From Octopus vulgaris (Eukaryota): a stretch of DNA of 64,000 nucleotides. Below the pieces are notes generated by a model that ran no database searches, had not been told where the DNA came from, and saw only the letters and a program-made list of their open reading frames with translations. Shown here in pieces: positions 27,551 to 40,040 of this stretch; position 1 is the stretch's first letter, and each line of letters opens with the position of its first letter. The position numbers and the translations under genes are program-made. The stretch spans positions 67,766,001 through 67,830,000 of the forward strand of contig OX597833.1 of NCBI GenBank assembly GCA_951406725.2. The letters run 5' to 3'.

Positions 27551-27750
27551 AGTTAATCCAAACAAGAAGGCACAAAAAAACACAGCAATGCGAGGATGTG
27601 GAACAAATATAGTATTATTGGACGCTCAGGAAAGAAGGAGGGCTTAACGTTTCGAGCGGAGCTCTTCGTCGGAAACATAGAAGGAAAGATCCAGAGAAGG
27701 GAAGACAGAGGGAAAAAAATCGCCAACGGTACACATGTGGTCACGACACA
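27551..27750 (-). mobile_element. Pseudo-LTR family A with hammerhead variant at 27642-27676
   Basis: Minus: GTTT-CCGACGA-A-GAGC tcc GCTC-GAAAC-GTT-AAGC; abuts (TA)n. Confidence 0.78.
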
Positions 27751-27799
27751 AATTATACGATAATACACATGCACACTATATCTAATTTGTAACCCATAT

Positions 27800-28000
27800 T
27801 TAACACGCTGGGCGAAATGCTTAGCGGCATTTCGTCTGTTTATATATTCTGAGTTCTAATTCTGCCGAGGTCGACTTTGCCTTTGATCCTTTCGGAGTCG
27901 ATAAATTAAGTACCATTTACATACTGGTGTCGATCTAATCGACTGACACCCCCACCCACCATAAACAATTTTGGGTCTTGTGCCTAGAGTAGAAAATAAT
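27800..28000 (+). mobile_element. SINE family 2
   Basis: Family 2 head and central domain. Confidence 0.85.
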
Positions 28001-29072
28001 ATGTAACCTATATGTATATTTAATGAATATATATGCTGCGACATATATGTTTTTTTCACCACCACCGCTTTTCTGGAGATCAAATTCCACCAGTGCAACT
28101 TTGTACAAGAACATGCTTACCACTACCGTATTCACCATCTCCATACACACCATCGCCACCACCACAAGATTCAGCATCACTGTCGCCTTCATCCCTCCAC
28201 ACACATATCACCTGTTCTAATGCGAAGTTAACCAGTTTATTTAAGATGTCTCTGTTAAACAGGTGTATCGTTCTGTTAATAGAAACTGCAGAATAATATA
28301 AACATATTTATCCCACGCACATTTGCGTGATAAATACTGTCAAAGGATTGATATTAGCCATGGATAGGGCGGAATACCGTACGGCTTTGATATGGTTTGA
28401 TGCAGTAGGAAGGAACATATCAAATTGTCAGCTTATGTAACTGTAACCCCCCAAATCTGGTCCCTATAAATCTAACAGGAAACAGAATGGACTCGCCCAA
28501 TAATGTCACCCAAGATCCAGATGGTGGTGGAGGTTTATTATCAGACAGCAGGGTGTCGAAAAGTAGCAGCCAAATCTTCCTCAAATGATATGGTAACGTT
28601 TCAGAGAAGGTGTATTTAATAATGTGGTCCTAGATATATCTTTTACTTGTTTCAGCGGCTACGCTGTGGCGCCACTTGGAGGAAATTTACCCGAATGAAT
28701 CTACCCCAGTACTCTTTCTTACGCCTGATACTTATTCATCAGTTTCTTTCGTCGAAGCGCTAAGTTACAGGGTACGTAACGTTACATGTTGTGTGGCATA
28801 GCTATATCTCCTAATATGAGATACGCAACGAATTGGATGTTGACAAGTATGGGCGCCATATTTTGTGCAAGATTACCAAAATGTATTTATAAATATCATT
28901 TTAACATGGCAAGGTGTGATTAAGGGTCATTTAGCAGCTATTGTTAACATATCAATTATTGGTATTATTTAAAGACGAAGGACTATATAACTTGAATGAT
29001 ATTGAGCTACTGATTTTCGTAGTTAGAAAGACATATTTCATGAGTTCTCTTAGGATTTAGTAATGAACTATG

Positions 29073-29128
<56 letters not shown>

Positions 29129-29132
<4 letters not shown>

Positions 29133-29375
29133 ACAAAGGATCTAATCAATTAATAATCAATTAATTAAGAAGTAATCAATAATTTCACCAAGTAGAATTC
29201 GGCATGAAAAAAAAGGACCATTTCATGGTAAACTTAAGTAATATTTAATAATTAGGGTTCAGCAAAGATTTGCTTTACCGCATACCGAAGTTTAGAAATA
29301 GCAGCCAAAAAACGTTAGCTATTTCTAAACTTCGGTATGTGGTAAGACAAATCTTTGCTGAACCATAATAATTAA

Positions 29376-29423
<48 letters not shown>

Positions 29424-29654
29424 ATAACAAAGGGTAAAATCAATTAATTAAGAAGTAATCAATAATTTCACCAAGTAGAATTCGGCATGAAAAAAAAGGA
29501 CCATTTCATGGTAAACTTAAGTAATATTTAATAATTAGGGTTCAGCAAAGATTTGCTTTACCGCATACCGAAGTTTAGAAATAGCAGCCAAAAAACGTTA
29601 GCTATTTCTAAACTTCGGTAGTTGGTAAGACAAATGCTGAACCCTAATAATTAA

Positions 29655-29657
<3 letters not shown>
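29129..29657. repeat. Two tandem ~240-bp units, each with a long fold-back, separated by (TA)n
   Basis: Units 29129-29377 and 29421-29657; hairpin 29256-29364 with ~47-bp arms and a 15-nt loop; homologous to 29695-29880. Confidence 0.9.
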
Positions 29658-29694
<37 letters not shown>

Positions 29695-29696
<2 letters not shown>

Positions 29697-30591
29697 AATA
29701 ATGAAGGGTGAAATTAATTAATTTGGAATAATTATCAATTACACCAAGTAGTCTTCGGCATGTAAAAAAGCCTCATTTCGAGGAAAATTTAAGTAATACT
29801 AAGCAATAAAGGGTTTAGCAACGAATTGCCTTACCACATACCGAATTTAGAAATAGCAGTCAAAAAGTTATAGCTATTTCTTCTACTAAAAAGGAGATCT
29901 CAGTAAAAAACACAGCAATTGGAAGGCAGACACAAACAGGTAAGAGAGAATGAATTGACGGCAATCTATCATACAATTTTAAGTTATCTACGGACGCACG
30001 TTTCGAAATCAAGTTTTTAGGAAAGCATGAGAATTAAATATTAAATAATTCTACGTTACCCAGACTTCTTTTCTCTTCAGCGTAGAATACTATAATCATA
30101 AGTGATTATATATTGAATTTTGAGATACTAGAAGGGACCAACTCAACTCAGTATCAGAGCGAGCTAGAATCCGCAACTAGTATCACCAAACTCAACGTGT
30201 GAATGAAAGGATTGTGTCACCAGCCCCTTCCCACCCGGGAAAAGAGACTGATAGAATAAATACTAGGCTTACAAAGAATAAGTCCTGGGTCGATTTGCTC
30301 GACTAAAGGCGGTGCTCCAGCATGGCCGCAGTCAAATGACAATGAAACAAGTAAAAGAGTAAAGTGTATTGATTTCGAAACGTGCGTCCGTAGATAACTT
30401 AAAATTGTATGATAGATTGCCGTCAATTCATTCTCTCTTACCTGTTTGTGTCTGCCTTCCAATTGCTGTGTTTTTTACTGAGATCTCCCTTTTTATAGAA
30501 GAAATAGCTATAACTCTTTGACTGCTATTTCTAAATTCGGTATGTGGTAAGGCAATTCGTTTCTAAACCCTTTATTGCTTAGTATTACTTA
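29695..30591 (-). mobile_element. Penelope-like pseudo-LTR (family F) with an inverted partial copy
   Basis: 29790-30012 is the reverse complement of 30369-30591; contains an intact hammerhead; both outer ends lie in (TA)n. Confidence 0.85.
29987..30086 (-). ncRNA. Intact type I hammerhead ribozyme with extended stem II
   Basis: Minus: TCTACG-CTGAAGA-GAAA..~60 nt..TTTC-GAAAC-gtgc-GTC-CGTAGA; 6-bp stem I; predicted cut between 29993 and 29992. Confidence 0.88.
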
Positions 30592-30837
30592 TATATATAT
30601 ATATATATATTGGCCCATCTCCTGAACAATTAAGCTTATGGAACATTTCAGCAGATATATCGTGTTCCACCAAAAGTGAAGATTATGGTAGAGCAGAAGA
30701 CGATATATGTTTTCAATGATGTAACATAAAACTGTTTCATCATACCATGAGACGCACATGCATATATGTATGTATGTGTGTGTGTGTGTGTGTGTGTGTA
30801 AAGGAGTTTTTTTTTTTTTAAATATAAACGAACATTA

Positions 30838-31230
30838 GGCGCAGGAGTGGCTGTGTGGTAAGTAGCTTGCTAACCAACCACATGGTTGCAGGTTCACTCC
30901 CACTGCGTGGCACCTTGGGCAAGTGTCTTCTGCTATAGCCCCGGGCCGACCAATGCCTTGTGAGTGGATTTGGTAGACGGAAACTGAAAGAAGCCTGTCG
31001 TATATATATATGTATGTGTGTGTGTTTGTATCAGTGTTTGTCCCCCTAGCATTGCTTGACAACCGATGCTGATGTGTTTACGTCCCCGTCACTTAGCAGT
31101 TCGGCAAAAGAGACCGATAGAATAAATACTAGGCTTACAAAGAATAAGTCCTGGGTCGATTTGCTCGACTAAAGGCGGTGCTCCAGCATGGCCGCAGTCA
31201 AATGACTGAAACAAGTAAAAGAGTAAAGTG
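30838..31230 (+). mobile_element. Full-length SINE family 1
   Basis: Complete head, ccttgggcaagt core and tail. Confidence 0.93.
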
Positions 31231-31235
31231 TATTA

Positions 31236-31266
<31 letters not shown>

Positions 31267-31936
31267 ATATAGGAGTGCCAAACAAAGATTTTTGCCTAGA
31301 TTTTGAACCCGGTTTTTATTGCTTACTACATGATCATGTTACTGTTTATCTGATAGTCAATTAGCGCTCACCTCGCTCTCTCTCTCTCTCTCTCCCCTCT
31401 CTCTCCCCTTACTCTCTCCCAAATTAGAGACGAATGTCAATGTTACATTTTAGCTGAACTGTTAAACCCCATTGCGCACTCAAACAACAGGTTTGTTGGC
31501 GAGAAGCCATTAAACACTAGCGCCGCGCAACAACGTTCAGGCCTAGGAACATTTAATCTCGGTTTCTATTGATTTTTTTTTTTTTAACCATGACACACGG
31601 ATGAAAGGTAATGTCAGCCTCAGCTCAGCCGAACGAACACTCGACGTTTTAAAGAGATCTGACTTAATACTTACATGTATTTTGACCGTGAGTTCATCGC
31701 TTCAAGATGCGTCATCAAACCTTGTTAACAATAATACAAAAATATAGGAATAAATATAAAGAAAACCAAAAAGACGCAAGTGTGGTGGCTCAGTGGAAAG
31801 ACGTTTGCTGCACAACCACATGACTCCGGGTTCAGTCCCACTACGTGGCATGTTAGGCAGTTGACGTTTCCTGTAGCCTCTGGCCGACCAAAGACTTGTT
31901 AGTGGATTTGGTAAATGGAAACTGAATGAAGCCCGT

Positions 31937-31987
<51 letters not shown>

Positions 31988-32080
31988 TCTACCTCGGATA
32001 TACTTGTTGCTTATTTGATTTATATGAATAATACCATACAAAATTCTGGTGCCTTTGACTTAAGTACCATATTTATCTGA

Positions 32081-32150
<70 letters not shown>

Positions 32151-32744
32151 TTATAAAAAGTGTAGGTGGTTTACGAGATGGTGCTCCAGTATGGCAGTAT
32201 TCTAACGATAAGTAGAAGATAAAAGATACATATTCCGAGATTGCAGAATCGCAAATTGACCTTCCCAAGTGCCCTTCCTTTCATATCTATCTCTGTGTTG
32301 TGTATGTACGTACGCGCGGTCTTTGTTCCAATGCAAAACAGAAGTTCCCTGGCGCTAATATCGCAATCCGTTTTCCATTTACTTCATGTTAAACTCTCCT
32401 TAAAAATGTTAACGCCCTTTGAAAAGGTATTTATTTCTTAAATATTCCCCATATGTGGTAATCCATACCCACGTATATATATATAAATAGTGTCTCTATA
32501 CAAGCCCTCTGTCTATAACGAGGTACTGTGAAAGATATATATATATATATATTGTGTGTGTGAGGTGTGGTGGTTCTATGTCCATTGTGCGTGTGCGCCG
32601 GTGCTGACATAGATTAAAGTATTATCTTTAGAGGACCTTTCCGAAGATTAGGTTTCTCTAGAGATTAACTGGTAAAAAGTCATTCCATTCGTGAATGCTG
32701 AATCAAAATGTAAGCTTATCAGTTATCCATTCCAAAACGGTTCT

Positions 32745-32770
32745 CTGTCTGTCCGTCCGTCCGTCCGTCC

Positions 32771-32824
<54 letters not shown>

Positions 32825-33078
32825 ATCTATCTATCTCTATCTATCTATCCCTATCTATCTATCTTTATCTATCTATCTATCTCTATCTATCTATCTATAT
32901 CTATCTATCTATCTATCTCTACCTATCTATCTATCTCTATCTATCTATCTATCTCTACCCATCTATATCTCTCTCTCTATCTATCTATCTCTACCCATCT
33001 ATATATCTCTCTCTATCTATCTACCTACCTATCTACCTACCCACCCATCCATCCATCTATCCATCCATCCATCCATCT
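32745..33078. repeat. (GTCC)/(GTCT)/(CTAT)/(CCAT) compound microsatellite
   Basis: Directly visible. Confidence 0.92.
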
Positions 33079-34441
33079 TGTTCGCTCGCACACAGACACA
33101 TTTAAGAATGCAAGTAACATTTTAATATAAATCCTTTTTCTTTTATGAGAAACATCTGGAAATACCCTACAATCTTTATCTATGCTACTTTATATGGTTT
33201 GGAATTCTTAAAATTACCGCATGGCCTTGCTTGAATACCAAGGCTCTCGCTGACTCTCTGTCTCACTGAATTCTTCTTTATTATTCATTGTTTGGAAATT
33301 CTTCACTCAGGAAGATATTGTGCACGAGACGAATTCTTTTCCTTCTTGCATAACTATTTGAAACACTTGTATAAAATACGTTCAAAATATTTATATTTGA
33401 TTTGGCTTCATAAGTTATGCATCTCCAAGCCATTACTATCTTACCTGTCCTCGCTTCGTTATCACGAACATTCTAATAAGGATTTGCAACGGTTTGCTCT
33501 ACTGGACTGAAGTCGAAAACTTCTGGCAATGTATCGCTTCTAAACATAACACCACTCTCTCTCTCTCTCACACACACACAGGGAGAAAGGTAGATAAATG
33601 CAAGTAGGTTAATGGATATATTTACATGGGCTACAAAATATAGAGCATGAAATAACCAATACAAAATAAAAGAACACAAAGAAATAAAGTAATACAAAAT
33701 AGACAAGTTACATAATGGTCTTGACAGCTGTTTCGGGTGAACCATAGCTTGTACTCTTGTTCCACATCAACGTTCATTACATGATAAAGCCCTGTAATAC
33801 CGTAATCTACGGAATAATACGAATTCCTAAGGGTCGGTTAGGCAACGCCAAGTCGCTCGCTTTGGAGGAATAGGGCGAAAAGCGTATGTCCTAGCAGTAT
33901 TTACAAATATGTAGGTTTGTGAATGCGTTTGTACTTTGATTCTCAGTCTCTGTTATGTGTGTGGCTTGGGTATGTATGCAAGGGGGCTTTGTCTGTGTAC
34001 CTTTTTAATTTCAATTATTTCTGTGGGCGGTTTTGGAACGTAACGCCCATGATAATCAAAGGATTTCTGCAATATTCCAAAAATACAATAGTTTTTTAAA
34101 CATTGAATGACTATAAGGGGTCACTGGAGTAACATTAGAATCAAAAAGGTCCGTAGGTCAAAAAAGGGCTGAGACACTGCTCTGGATGGAGGTAAAAGAG
34201 GTGAGGCGGCAGAAAAGGAGCGGGAGGGATGCTCTGGTATTTGACCTGTTTTATCACTTTTTCTTTCGTTAATGACTCCCTAATGAAGAAAAGCAAAATT
34301 GACTTCTGTGGGGTTTGAACTCGAAACATGAAGAATCGTGCGAGGTATTTTATCCTGTGCTCTCATCATGATTCTGCCGGATTATCACTTCTCTTTTCCA
34401 CTCCCTCATTCTTTGCGTGTATGTATGTGTGTATGTATGTA

Positions 34442-34487
<46 letters not shown>

Positions 34488-34539
34488 TATATAGATATAT
34501 ATATGCATATATGCAGACACGTATATAAAAGATTAACTG

Positions 34540-34629
<90 letters not shown>

Positions 34630-35263
34630 TATGGGTGTGTATTGGTATGTAGTTTTGGATATACATCTATGTGCATATGTATATATTTCAGATCGTGTGT
34701 GTGTATTTATATGTAGAGAGAGATGTGTGTGTGTGTGTGTGTATATCTCACTACGTATCTCAGATTTCTCTCACTCTACATATCGGTGGCGCCTGTTTTA
34801 AGATAAACTTAGTAACCACACATGTTAGGATTCACAACTGACATTTTCTATATTTCATTACGTTAGTCACATTTTGAAAAGCGGAAACGGTACATATTCT
34901 TGCAAAGTTATTGCATAAATTATCTCGGATTTATATGCCTTACCAATATAGGTAGTGCAGAATATATTTACTTCCACCGTGTTTTTTAAGTTTTCTGCAG
35001 TATCATACAGGTTTCTGCAGTATCAACAAGTACTCCTACGCGTGTATTTTTTCTTCAGTTGCTTGCAACAAAGTCATTTGGGAATGAAGCAGTGTGTTCG
35101 TAAGATCTTCCTTGCGTAGCTAAGTGGTAAGCGTAGGCAGGGCGGTACAAGAACGTGGTCTCGGTTTCAGTCCTACAGTACAGCAATTGTCTTCTAATAT
35201 AACATTTGCCAACCAGTTCCTGCTCTAGCCCGTTGTGCGTATGTGCGTATGTTTGTGTGTGTG

Positions 35264-35293
<30 letters not shown>

Positions 35294-35295
<2 letters not shown>

Positions 35296-35550
35296 ACGGG
35301 AAGGTTTACGAAAATAAACAAAAGACGAAGGCAGGTGGAGTACAAACAAGCAATTGTATTAGTATGGCGCTCAGGAATAGAAATAAAACAAGTCTTTTAC
35401 GTTTCGAGCCTACGCTCTTCGACAGAAAGGTACACAGAAAAGAAACAAGGAGAGAAACAAGAAAAGGAAAAAAAATGCGTGCAGGAGCTAACGATTCAAC
35501 ATGGCGTTCTGATTTCAGCCAGAAGTCAGAGATCAAACGTTAGACGCTAG

Positions 35551-35555
<5 letters not shown>
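35294..35555 (-). mobile_element. Pseudo-LTR family B with hammerhead variant at 35394-35429
   Basis: Minus: CTTT-CTGTCGA-A-GAGC gtag GCTC-GAAAC-GTA-AAAG; bounded by (TA)n on both sides. Confidence 0.78.
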
Positions 35556-35590
<35 letters not shown>

Positions 35591-35593
<3 letters not shown>

Positions 35594-35930
35594 TAGAATT
35601 CACAAAAAAAAAAATTAAAGACGAAGACAGGTGGTGTAAACAACAAACAGATGTATTAGTATAACGCTCGGGAAGTGAAAAAGTATTTAACGTTTCGAGC
35701 CTACGATCTTCCACAGAACGAAACAAGGAGAGAAAATAAAGAATGTGTAGTGGCTAGCGATCTGTCATGGCGAATGCCGGACAGAGAGGTCACACAGGAG
35801 AGCTAGGAAGAAGGACAGATAATAAAATAGTTGTGATCCCGAAACGAAGGTGCACGTGCGTGTGCATAAGAGAGCATGTATGTGCGTGTGGAAGAGGGCT
35901 GGTGATCTTGACGTGTACATGTGTGCAAAA
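35591..35930 (-). mobile_element. Pseudo-LTR family C with degenerate hammerhead variant at 35685-35720
   Basis: Minus: CTGTGGA-A-GATC gtag GCTC-GAAAC-GTT; homologous to 45958-46135. Confidence 0.72.
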
Positions 35931-37014
35931 AACAAAAGCAGGATAGTCGTGGCTGGTATGTCTGTGATATTATTTTATTTGATTAATATTATGCTTAAAT
36001 TAAGCAACTTTATAATGTTATTTCATAAGAATTTATAAACTCTCGAGAGAATGGAACTAATTTAAAAATTTCTTTTTTTTTTTTTTTGAGCAGCGACTGT
36101 CGAGGCATATATAAAGCTTATAAAGCTACAGATAATAGCATGCTATTATAATGTTCTGGCTATTACAGTAGTGACAGAATATGAAAACATATCAAAATTC
36201 AGCGACGAGGTCCGCTGGAGATTCGCTTGTCACAAGAATTTCCATTTTCTTCAAGCTCAAAGAAGCGTCAATCTTCGTTTTGTCAATAAACCTAAATACT
36301 GGTCGACTGGTGAATGTCTTTTCACATTCTCTTCTCTCAGTTCAACATTTCGGATACGCTTAGATGTCAGAGTGTTTGGAATGAGGCAAGACGTGTTGAC
36401 AAGCGCAGTAGGTCTGTGTCAAAGAGAGAGAGAGAGAGAGGAGGAGGAAAGATGGGTGGTGGTGGTGCTGTTAATGTGTTTATCTAAGCTGTGAAAATAT
36501 AGTTTACCTATATTTTCGTTGAGAATATAGGTAAACTATATTTTGAGTGTTAACATAAACAAATTAAAGTAAATGTAAACATCGGCAAAGGACTCTGTAT
36601 GCTCAAAATTTTAGGATTCTCTTCTCCATAAAGCTTTCTAACGAATCAAATTTTCGATTGGAACCAATGTATTTTTTTTCCTATCAAGAAAACTAAAACG
36701 AATGGAAGTGGGGAAATTTTTAAGTCGTCATTGAAGTTGCTAGAAATAGCAAATAAATCTGCTTACTATCAGACAAAATTTCAGTAAACAAAGGACATAT
36801 TGGATAATTTAGACATAGATATATTTTGTCTAACCGAAAGGCGTTGGTTAGAATTCTAGATCAATAAGGCCTGACCTGGGGTTAAACAATAACAGCCCAT
36901 CGTTTCTTCCAGCTTTGGTTTCCATTAAGTTCTTGTTTCGCCAAAGCCATTACTGATAAGTATTTCAATTTGTATTGCCTTCAAAATTGTTAGCGCGTCG
37001 AACAAACTTATATA

Positions 37015-37050
<36 letters not shown>

Positions 37051-38081
37051 TATATATGTATGAGCATTACACAAGTACATTCACAGACGTATTACTCACA
37101 CTAAAAAAAAATATGTATTTAAATACATACTCGCAGATATACACCGTTAAATACATCGGCAAATAACCATATGACGTTCTACCTTAGACATTTATAGAGC
37201 TTCTTACATATTCTAAGAAAAAAAACCCAAAAGACAGACCTATATACATACATACAAACATATGTACCCAAATCCACATATATACACATATATATATATA
37301 TATATATATCTATATATATATATATATATATATATAGTTTATTGCTTAAAACGCCTATCTCATTCACCCTCTCATCTTCTGCATTATTGCACGGATATAA
37401 GGACTCCCAAACACACCTAACACGTAATACACCTGTATTTTCTGTGTTTCTTCTCCCTATCTGTCTCCTAGCTTCTCTTTATTTCACACATATAACACAC
37501 ACTGTCTCTCGCTGTTATACACACGTTTGTTTGTGGCTAGACATTCATACATACAGAGGCTGTCGTACACGTATACACACAAAGAAACACACACAGATGT
37601 TTAAGCGCCTTCGCATAGACGTCGATGCATATATAATCACTCGGCTGCTCCTTTCTCATCTCGCTTCTAAACGTAACGCATAAATAGAATTAAATCCAAT
37701 CACACAGATACACACTTAAGACTCGCTTTACACTCATACACACTAACACACACACATACTTACATATATATATGTGTGTGTATATACTCTACACCCCACA
37801 GGCCAAAACAGAAATTGCTTCACATCTCCACACGTAATATCTTTATCTCCGTTCTGCTCTCTCTCTCTCTGTCTCTCTCTCTCATTCTTTATATCATCTT
37901 CATTTCTCTTCCTGATTCCTCTTATTTCAAACTCTTAATCGACGTAGATATAGACACCGACACACACGGCCAGACACACGCTTATAATACAAATCTTCAT
38001 ACACGTATACACAGACGCATAAAAACAGCAACGCAAACACACACTTATACATATATACGCACTCATAAAACCCTCCTTACA

Positions 38082-38121
<40 letters not shown>

Positions 38122-38397
38122 AATCCCTGCAGATACACGATTAATCTTTCTCATTTCATCATCGTCTCAGTTTCTTTCCAACGCAGAACCGACGGGGGGA
38201 AATACTACCTGGACGATTACTCTGCTAAAAATAGTAGCCGGGCACCTCTCAACGCGTTTTCTCCGTTTAGAGTCATTTGAACAATGCGCACCTGCATTGT
38301 CTGTACAGAAAAAACAGACGAGATGGTCACGGATGACATGCGTTTGATTGCATTTTTATCTAGTCACTGATTACTTTAGGTCTAAATATCACCATAG

Positions 38398-38642
38398 TGG
38401 AGGCGCGTGGTTTAGTGGTTAGGGTGTTGGAACTCATGATCGTAAGGTTATGGTTTCGATTCCTGGACTGGGCAATGCGTTATGTTCTTAAGCAAAACAC
38501 TTCATTTCACGTTGCGTCCAGTCCACTCTGCTGGCAAAAATGCATAATCCTGCGACGGACCGGCGTCCCGTCCAGGTGGGGAATTTCTACGCCACTGAAA
38601 CCGGGAAACCGGCCCTTATGACCCCGGCATGGCTCCAGAAGG
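38398..38642 (+). mobile_element. tRNA-derived SINE (family 5)
   Basis: ggaggcgcgtggtttagtggttaggg...ggtttcgattcc head followed by a cttaagcaaaacacttc domain. Confidence 0.8.
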
Positions 38643-38814
38643 AATATATTAAGTATCACCATCTTCAATGAACAAACAAATAATTAGCGAATGATTATGA
38701 TTACGTTTTCGCTAGTTGCTGCAAGTGCCTCTGCGATTTCGAGCCCCATTGGAGTGAGCGGCACAACGAGAATGTGGTAGCTGGCGGTAAAGAGAATTGT
38801 GCCAGCACCCCGAA

Positions 38815-38997
38815 TACCATATTTTCCTGCATACAAATCCATGTAGGACATAGCGTTAACTTGTTGCGTAAATATCCAAACATCGTCACTGTATTTTAAA
38901 CATCTGCATTTCACATGGATGTTTTGGTCTTCCAAATTCGTGTCGACCCATCCTTTTTTTGCTACAAAATTCGACTTGTACGCCGGAAAATACGCTA
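38815..38997. mobile_element. pogo/Tc1-mariner-superfamily MITE
   Basis: Imperfect TIRs TAccatattttcctgcatacaaatcca / tcgacttgtacgccggaaaatacgcTA, resembling pogo-type CCGTATTTTCCGGCGTATAAG ends; TA at both ends. Confidence 0.75.
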
Positions 38998-39190
38998 GTA
39001 CTCCTTTTCAGCTGAACTAACTGAAAAAAATAAAATCCCTAATATGATGTACCTTTCAGGGTCTACGGCACGAACTCACAACCTAGTGACCATGAACTCA
39101 TGAGCAGAAGCACGATGCACACTTCACCCTTATAGAAATAACATGCAAATCTGAAGACCCCACGTTTTTTATTATATGTATATCGGTACA

Positions 39191-39447
39191 TGCTGAATCT
39201 CCCCGAGAACTACGTTAAGGCGAGCTGGCAGAATCGTTGGCACGCCGGGCAAAGTGCGTAGCCGTATTTCGTCTGCTGTTACGTTCTGAGTTCAAATTCT
39301 GCCGAGGTCGACTTTGCCTTTCATCCTTTCGGGGTCGATAAATAAAGTACCAGTTTCGCACTGGGGCCGATATAATCGACTTAATCCCTTTGTCTGTACT
39401 TGTTTGTCCCCCTCTATGCTTAGCCCCTTGTGGGTAGTAAAGAAATA
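39191..39447 (+). mobile_element. Full-length SINE family 2 with 18-bp TSD and 28 extra 5' nucleotides
   Basis: TATATGTATATCGGTACA at 39173-39190 and 39448-39465. Confidence 0.9.
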
Positions 39448-39669
39448 TATATGTATATCGGTACACATTTTCTCTGGCACTCACATACGCACACACTTAT
39501 TCATAATTACACACACACACACACTCACTCCCGGATTATAAATTTGCATCTGTGACAATAATAATTGGTTGGCTCTTAGGCATGTCCCAAATGCAATATG
39601 GAAAAGCTAGGGTTTTCATAAAAAAAAGAATTAAACTGCTAACACATTAGATATGCAATCTGTAAGTAA

Positions 39670-40040
39670 ATGTGTGGTAAGATTGTTTCCAAATCCCATG
39701 GTTCTGGGTTCAGTTCCACCAGCGCGGCACTTTGGGCAAGTGTCTTCTGCTATAGCCTATGGCCGATTCAATCCTTGTGAGCAGATTTGGTAAATGGAAA
39801 GTGAAAGTAGCTCGCACGCCGTGTGTGTGTGTGTGTGTGTGTGTGTGTCTGCCTGTTTGTTCCTCACTACACCGCTTAGCAACCTGGTTTGTTTACGTCC
39901 TCGTAACTTAGTGGTACGGCAAAAGACACCGATAGCAAAATACCCTGCTTAAATAAAAAGGCCTGGAGTTGATTCGTTTGACTAAAAAATTCAATTTGGT
40001 GCCCTCATCATGGCCGTAATCTAATGACTAAAACAAGTAA
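39670..40040 (+). mobile_element. Older diverged SINE family 1 copy
   Basis: Recognisable head, ttgggcaagtgtcttc core and tail. Confidence 0.8.

Noticed and set aside
30632-30720. Imperfect hairpin followed by GAAATGTT on the minus strand
   Set aside because: No CUGANGA and no stem I; may be an old pLTR relic but unsupported
32634-32681. GACCTTT-CCGAAGA...GTA-AAAAGTC possible hammerhead
   Set aside because: Stem I is plausible but GAAA and stem II cannot be assigned; too decayed to count
38684-38935. 83-aa protein-looking ORF (..MDLYAGKYGIRG..)
   Set aside because: DLYAGKY is the translation of a pogo-type TIR, mirrored at 38972-38994; the ORF crosses the MITE boundary
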